NCBI GenBank assembly: GCA_965224085.1
Contig: CBDCYI010000011.1
Coordinates: 1,568,001-1,632,000 of the forward strand
From: Candidatus Marinacidobacterales bacterium
GTDB taxonomy: Bacteria > Acidobacteriota > Vicinamibacteria > Marinacidobacterales > SMYC01
Direction: 5' to 3'
DNA: 64,000 nucleotides
Both the position numbers and the translations under genes were made by a program. Positions 58,712 to 64,000 of the stretch are shown piece after piece (position 1 is the first letter of the stretch; each line of letters starts with the position of its first letter). The notes under the pieces are model-generated. The model was given only the letters and a program-made list of their open reading frames with translations. It ran no database searches and was not told the origin of the DNA.

Positions 58712-59979
58712 ATGGCCGTAACTCGCGAACAAATTGCGCGACGACAATTGGAGAAGCTGAATCGGCCTGACTCCGGACTCGCGCTCTTGAGAAAAAAAAC
58801 GCGTTTTATAGGAAAAAGCTCGAAAGCGTCACGCTCCCCATTTCGGCGCTCGACGTTTTTCTCGGCATGCCGTTTACCACCAAGCAGGAGCTAGTCGACG
58901 ATCAGGCGGACTACCCGCCCTATGGAACGAATCTCACGTTCGAGCAAGACGCCTACACTCGCATTCACGCTACCTCGGGCACGACTGGGAGGCGCCTTAC
59001 ATGTCTCGACACCAACGAGAGCTGGGCGTGGTTCACATTTTGTTGGCAAGAGATTTATCGCGCCATCGGCATCAATCGTGAGGACCGCATCTTCGCCGCG
59101 TTCGGTTTCGGCCCGTTCGTGGGTTTTTGGGCGGGCTATGAGGCGGCACAGCAGATCGGCGCGCTTGCAATCCCCGGCGGGGCACAAAGCTCCGAGCAAA
59201 GGCTTCATTGGCTCATGGAAGCGCAAGCCACCGTTCTTCTCTCGACGCCGACCTATGCACTCCGGCTTATCGAAGTCGCGCGGGAAAAGGATATAGATCT
59301 TCGAACGAGCGCCATCCGCCATACGATTCACGCCGGCGAGCCGGGAGCCAATGTGCCGTCCATTCGTGAGCAAATCGAGTCCGCTTGGGGTGCGCGCTGC
59401 TGGGACCACGCCGGGATGAGCGAGGTCGGGGCCTGGGGCTATCCGTGTCCGGACGATCAAGGGCTGCACTTGCTGGAATCAGAGTTCATCGCCGAAGTCG
59501 TCTCGGTGAAGACCGGGGAGCCCGTCGCTGAGGGAGAGACGGGCGAGCTCATCTTGACGAATCTCGGCCGGTGGGCGATGCCCGCGTTGCGCTACCGCAC
59601 TGGGGACGTCGTCAAACGGGTGTCAACGCCGTGCACATGTGGGAGCCCGTTCATACGCTTTCCTGGCGGCGTTCTGGGCAGGGTCGACGACATGATCCAA
59701 GTGCGTGGCGTCAACGTCTACCCGAGCGCGGTCGAGTCGATCATCCGCGAGGAGCCCGCGGTGGTCGAGTTTCAAGTCGATATCTCAAAAGAGCGTGGCA
59801 TGTGGGAGCTCCACATCGTGGTGGAGGTCGCCCCGGGCGCTGACTCAGAGGCGATCCGAGTGGGCGTCGCCGAAGCCCTAAGAAACCGGCTCGGGATCAG
59901 CGCGACGGTTGAGATCGCCGCACCATCTAGCCTTCCCCGCTACGAGCTCAAAGCGCGCCGATTCCGTTTCAAGACGTAA
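58712..59979 (+). pseudogene. Phenylacetate-CoA ligase (PaaK)-family gene with a frameshift at or near the A8 run 58792-58799
   Basis: N-terminus MAVTREQIARRQLEKLN continues in the -1 frame as NAFYRKKL...PFTTKQEL, TSGTTG, YRTGD and GRVDDM..VRGVNVYP. Confidence 0.85.
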
Positions 59980-60170
59980 CGACGTTGATTTCGAGCTCGT
60001 AGTCGAAACCCCACATTCGCCGCCGACCAACAGTGGGGAACTCCCCGCAGCTTTCCCATGACCGGACAGTAGACTCGCGCCCTTCCCCAGCTGGTCGTAC
60101 ATAGCTTATCTACTGCTGTTGCTCCACTTAAGTTCAAGAGCTGACGTTTTTGTGCGCGGCGTCACGCATC

Positions 60171-60186
60171 TGGAACGCATCTTGTA
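60171..60186 (+). promoter_or_regulatory. Possible sigma54 (-24/-12) promoter of the PilZ gene
   Basis: TGGAAC-N5-TTGTA, compared with consensus TGGCAC-N5-TTGCA. Confidence 0.4.
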
Positions 60187-60211
60187 AAGGGTTCCGGGAA
60201 GGAGACCCACC

Positions 60212-60784
60212 ATGCCTGCGGTACAAGGCCACATCTACGATATTTTTAAGCAATATTCTCGGCTCTACCAGCAGCGAAACCGAGTCGACGGGCAGCTCAC
60301 TCCCGAGCAGCAAAAGGAATGGGTCGAGGTCACGTTCACGCTCGACAGCATCTTCTCGGGTCTCTACCGGCCCGAAGTGCCGATGGAAGACTTGCCCACC
60401 ACTTCAGCGGAGATGTTGAGGCACAAAGTCCCCGTGGATTTTTTGCGCATCCCCGCCGACGCGGATGTTTTGTGCGAGACGCGCAACAACTTCTTCTCCG
60501 GCAAGCTCCAGGACATCAGCGTGGGTGGCGCGTATGTCCATTCACCGATTCCCTTCCGTGTGGACAGCACCGTCCGGCTGACTTTCTGCACGTTTCGCGA
60601 GCGTCAACCTCTCGAGGTGGAAGGGCGGATCGCGTGGAGCAACCCGGGCGGCGTCCGGAAGAACGACTTTCCCGAGGGCGCCGGCATTCAGTTCACGAAT
60701 TGCGACCAAACCCGAACGGCGCAGATTCAAGACTACGTGTACGAGCTTGTCGAAGAGACGCTCTCGCGGGCGCATCTCATCTGA
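60212..60784 (+). CDS. PilZ-domain protein with N-terminal helical extension
   Basis: DISVGG.YV, EGRIAW.N and GAGIQF motifs; AAGGAG SD. Confidence 0.85.
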   Translation: MPAVQGHIYDIFKQYSRLYQQRNRVDGQLTPEQQKEWVEVTFTLDSIFSGLYRPEVPMEDLPTTSAEMLRHKVPVDFLRIPADADVLCETRNNFFSGKLQDISVGGAYVHSPIPFRVDSTVRLTFCTFRERQPLEVEGRIAWSNPGGVRKNDFPEGAGIQFTNCDQTRTAQIQDYVYELVEETLSRAHLI

Positions 60785-60879
60785 CGTCCACGATAGACTT
60801 CAGACCTCAGTTCCGCCTTCGACGAAGACCGGGCAGCAGAGTGCATCCCGCTTGTTAACACCCTGCTAGAATGGGCCGC

Positions 60880-61365
60880 ATGGCGCCCGGCGCAGTGCTC
60901 GCTCTCGTCTTCGTCTTGATGCTCGCGGGTATTTTGGGCTCGTTTCTGCCCATGATTCCGGGAACACCTCTCATTCTTTTGGGCGCTGTTGTGTACGCAC
61001 TCGCCACTGACTTTCAGCCCGTCGACACCTGGCGACTCGTCTTTCTCGTCGCGCTCGCCGGGGTCGCTTACGCGCTCGACTATCTCGCCGCGGCGCTCGG
61101 AACGAGGAAGCTGGGCGGAAGCCGGTGGGCGATGCTCGGCGCAGTGCTCGGAGGTGTCGCCGGGCTTTTCTTCGGACCGATTGGAATCCTCGTCGGCCCC
61201 ATCCTCGGTGCGATTGGTGTCGAGCTCATTCACAGGAAGGATGTCAACATTGCGCTCAAGAGCGGGCTCGGCGCGGTCGTGGGCGTTTTTCTGGGAGTGG
61301 TTGCCAAGCTCTCCATTTCCGTGATGATGGTCGGGCTTTTCACGTTCTGGGTGATACAAGGGTGA
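60880..61365 (+). CDS. DUF456 family membrane protein
   Basis: LP.IPG.PL, DYLA..LGTRKLGGS and GPILGA..EL motifs. Confidence 0.88.
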   Translation: MAPGAVLALVFVLMLAGILGSFLPMIPGTPLILLGAVVYALATDFQPVDTWRLVFLVALAGVAYALDYLAAALGTRKLGGSRWAMLGAVLGGVAGLFFGPIGILVGPILGAIGVELIHRKDVNIALKSGLGAVVGVFLGVVAKLSISVMMVGLFTFWVIQG

Positions 61366-61811
61366 GTGACGAGCGCTTTCGGACCTGGCTCACGTCAGCC
61401 GTCGAGCAAGCGGAGAAGTCATGGAGCGAAGGAGGCATCCCCATCGGCGCCGTGCTGGTCGCCCCCGGCGGCGAGATCGTGGCGCGGGGACACAACGAAC
61501 GTGTGCAAACGGGCGACCCCACCGCGCACGCCGAGATGGTCGCCATCCGCCGCGCTGGCCGACGCCGCGATTTCTCGAAGCTCACTCTCGTCTCTACCTT
61601 AAGCCCATGCCCAATGTGCTCGGGCACGGCGATCCTCTACCGCATCCCTACCGTCGTCATCGGCGAGAACAAGACGTTCATGGGCGCGGAGGACTGGATG
61701 CGCCAAAACGGGACCACGCTTCACGTTCTTCAGGACTCGCGTGCGATCGCGCTCATGGAACGACTCCAAAGAGAAAACCCCGACCTTTGGGCGGAAGATA
61801 TCGGCGAATGA
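61362..61811 (+). CDS. Nucleoside/cytosine deaminase (yeast FCY1-like)
   Basis: EGGIPIG, HAEM, LSPCPMC, IGEN and WAEDIGE; GTGA overlap with DUF456. Confidence 0.9.
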   Translation: MSDERFRTWLTSAVEQAEKSWSEGGIPIGAVLVAPGGEIVARGHNERVQTGDPTAHAEMVAIRRAGRRRDFSKLTLVSTLSPCPMCSGTAILYRIPTVVIGENKTFMGAEDWMRQNGTTLHVLQDSRAIALMERLQRENPDLWAEDIGE

Positions 61812-61846
61812 GGTAAACTGCGCACCGCAAGAATTGGAGAGTCGAC

Positions 61847-62536
61847 ATGGCTAGCCGAGCACACATCACTCCGGAGCTTTTCAAGTTCTTTCGTGAATTG
61901 AAGCGGAAAAACAACCGCGAGTGGTTCCAGAAGAACAAGTCGCGCTACGAAGAGATCGTCCGCAACCCGCTTCTCGAGTTCATTTCCGAATTCGCGCCCA
62001 AGCTTCACAAACTGAGCCCCCATTTCATCGCGGATCCTCGTCCCGTAGGTGGGTCGTTGTTTCGCATCTACCGCGACGTGCGTTTTTCGAAGGACAAGAC
62101 CCCCTACAAGACAGCCGCGGGCGTGCACTTCCGCCACGAAGATTGCAAGAACGTGCACGCTCCGGGCTACTATTTGCATCTCGAGCCTGGGATGGTTTTC
62201 GCCGGTGCCGGGATCTGGCGCCCGGAATCGAGAACCCTTCACAAAGTGCGGGAGGCGCTCGTCGCGGACCCGAAAGGCTGGAAACGCGCTGTTTCTGGAA
62301 AGGCGTTCACGACAGAGTGCAAGCTCGATGGAGAATCGCTCAAACGTCCTCCGAAGGGATACGACCCGGAGCACCCGCTCATCGACGATCTCAAGAGAAA
62401 AGACTTCACCGCCTCGGTCAAGTTCACAGAGAAACAGGCTTGTGAGAAAGACTTCATGAAAACACTCGCGGCGTCCTACAAGACGATGGCGCCCTTCAAC
62501 CGGTATTTGACCCGCGCCGTAGGTGCCCCATGGTAA
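61847..62536 (+). CDS. DUF2461 family protein
   Basis: NNREWF, FRIYRDVRFSKDKTPYK and LKRPPKGY motifs. Confidence 0.93.
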   Translation: MASRAHITPELFKFFRELKRKNNREWFQKNKSRYEEIVRNPLLEFISEFAPKLHKLSPHFIADPRPVGGSLFRIYRDVRFSKDKTPYKTAAGVHFRHEDCKNVHAPGYYLHLEPGMVFAGAGIWRPESRTLHKVREALVADPKGWKRAVSGKAFTTECKLDGESLKRPPKGYDPEHPLIDDLKRKDFTASVKFTEKQACEKDFMKTLAASYKTMAPFNRYLTRAVGAPW

Positions 62537-63135
62537 CGATGCCCCTTCTACTTTTGGCGGCGACGCTGTCCGCAGCCGAAATGCTGGAGCGCTCGATCGG
62601 CTATCACGATTCCGATGGACGGTTCGCGACGTCCGCCGTCGCGATGGAGCTTTCGGAGTCACGCGCCGAGGGACGCGTTCGCAAAACGAGCATTGTCATC
62701 GACAACCGCCACAGTCGTTTCGAGATGCGACGCATCGCGGACGACGAGGGGGAGGTCTACTTCTCGATTGAAGGAGACAACGTCAAAGTCTATCTCGACG
62801 GCTCGACTAACTTTTCGAAAGAAGAGGCGGGGCAATACCGGCTCGCGCCCGAGCAAGCCAAACGAACGAGGAACTACTACATTTATCTCTATGGGCTCCC
62901 GATGAAGCTCCTCGATCCCGGCACGCGGCTCGATCCCAAGACCCGTGAAAAAGAATATCAAGGCCACGCGGTGTACGAGCTCAAAGTCACCTACGACGAA
63001 GAGGTCGGACAGGACACTTGGTATTTCTATCTCGATCGCGAGACCTATGCGCTCGTCGGCTACCGCTTCTACCACGATGAGGGCAAGAATGACGGCGAGT
63101 ACATCGTGCTCGAGGGCGAAGCGAACGGTGCCGGA

Positions 63136-63722
63136 CTGAGCGGGTGCGCTCCATCGCCTAAAGGCGATGGGTTCGCGGGCGACTAAAGTCGCCTAAAGGC
63201 GCACGGCGGAGGATTACTCGCTTACCCTGAACGACTCGTCGTCTTCCGGCAGCTCTCCTTGCAGCTCGATGTACTTGGCCACAACCTCATCGGTCACGTT
63301 TCCGCTCGTCGCTACAAAATAGCCGCGCGCCCACAGGTGCCGACCCCAAAACTTCTTGCGGATCGCTCGAAAATCACGCATCAGCTTGTGCGATGTCTTC
63401 CCCTTGATCGCCTGCATTACTCGGCTCGGCGACAGCCGTGGCGGCACGCTCAGCAACAGATGAACGTGCTCTGGCCGTACATGGCCCTTCAGTATTTCTA
63501 TGTGGTGCGTCGCACAGATCTCTCTTATCAACTCCCGCAGGCGAAGTGCTACATCTCCTCTCAATACCGGCTTGCGGTACTTCGGGATGAATACGAAATG
63601 GTAGTTTAATTGATACGTCGTGTGCGATGATTTCCGATATCCTTTCATCCGGGGATCGTACCGCAAGCCTCCTAAAGGCTTCGCCTGAAGGCGAGGGGTT
63701 TCAACCATCCCCGAGTGAGACA
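63136..63722 (-). mobile_element. IS200/IS605-family insertion sequence, tnpA only, 587 bp
   Basis: Subterminal hairpins at both ends; inserted 3' of TTAG (minus strand); right end TCAG; no target duplication. Confidence 0.93.
63214..63648 (-). CDS. tnpA: IS200-type Y1 HUH transposase
   Basis: YHFVFIPKYRK, EHVH (HUH), IKGKTS, LWARGYF and catalytic YIELQ. Confidence 0.96.
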   Translation of the reverse strand: MKGYRKSSHTTYQLNYHFVFIPKYRKPVLRGDVALRLRELIREICATHHIEILKGHVRPEHVHLLLSVPPRLSPSRVMQAIKGKTSHKLMRDFRAIRKKFWGRHLWARGYFVATSGNVTDEVVAKYIELQGELPEDDESFRVSE

Positions 63723-63786
63723 CTAAAGTTACCCAAAACTCGCAAATGGTACCGGCACACAGATGACGGGTTTTTAGGGACGGACA

Positions 63787-64000
63787 CTATCGAGTCGATG
63801 CGTCGCCCGTAAGCGGGTGATGCACGATCAAGTGCTCCTCCACGATCTCGCCCCCGATGAGGTGGCGCTTCAGGATCTGCTCGAGAACGTCGGGATGGCA
63901 CCCTCCATACCACGCCCCTTCGGGATAGACCACCGCAATCGGACCGCCCTCACAAATACGTAGGCAGTTAGCCTTCGTGCGTGCGACGCCTCCTGCTTCG
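63787..64000 (-). CDS. Thioredoxin-like (2Fe-2S) ferredoxin, C-terminal part (cut by the window edge)
   Basis: Manual translation [25 protein letters not shown]...HLIGG. Confidence 0.85.
   Translation of the reverse strand, partial: EAGGVARTKANCLRICEGGPIAVVYPEGAWYGGCHPDVLEQILKRHLIGGEIVEEHLIVHHPLTGDASTR

Larger units (their letters stand above)
62530..63812 (+). pseudogene. Secreted DUF6503-like protein interrupted by IS200
   Basis: Removing 63136-63722 restores ...GAG-LKLPKTRKWY...FLGTD, a 231-aa ORF with YLYGLPMKL.D and VG.DTWYFY motifs. Confidence 0.85.

Noticed and set aside
63136-63213. TnpB/omegaRNA system associated with the IS200
   Set aside because: Only 78 bp separate the tnpA stop from the right end, and there is no tnpB remnant.

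Overview
This is a GC-rich (roughly 60% by eye), gene-dense bacterial chromosomal segment. Gene order and content suggest Acidobacteriota, possibly Vicinamibacteria-like; this is an inference. Positions 1-27.5 kb are a minus-strand housekeeping and envelope run: HDAC-family hydrolase, fabF-acpP-fabG-fabD, rpmF, yceD, hfq, miaA, a DUF4388 protein, SpoIID/SPOR, a TonB-C protein, gnnA-like, lpxI, lpxA, fabZ, skp, bamA, clpC, lolD, lolC/E, lysS, nusB, ribH, a crotonase, vanZ and upp. Positions 26.8-36 kb are a nucleoside salvage/catabolism island (upp, pdp, nupC, punA, cdd, frameshifted hpt, rpiB, deoC) that abuts a yqeC-mocA pair. Its DeoC and RpiB carry N-terminal extensions typical of bacterial-microcompartment cargo, yet no shell genes lie in the window; this is the most interesting system seen. 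Positions 36-64 kb hold mixed metabolism and signalling genes: mlaEFD, uvrB, ferredoxin/ispH, a fused E1, acyl-CoA dehydrogenase, GNAT plus aromatic amino acid decarboxylase, Ser/Thr kinase, PP2C, a Glu-receiver DUF4388 protein, a PaaK-like ligase and PilZ. A 587-bp tnpA-only IS200 cleanly interrupts a gene near the end. Also found were two small membrane ORFs missed by the ORF track, MITE-like elements at CTAG stop-codon sites, several 9-bp tandem repeats, gene remnants and many apparently leaderless genes. No rRNA, tRNA or CRISPR array was recognised.
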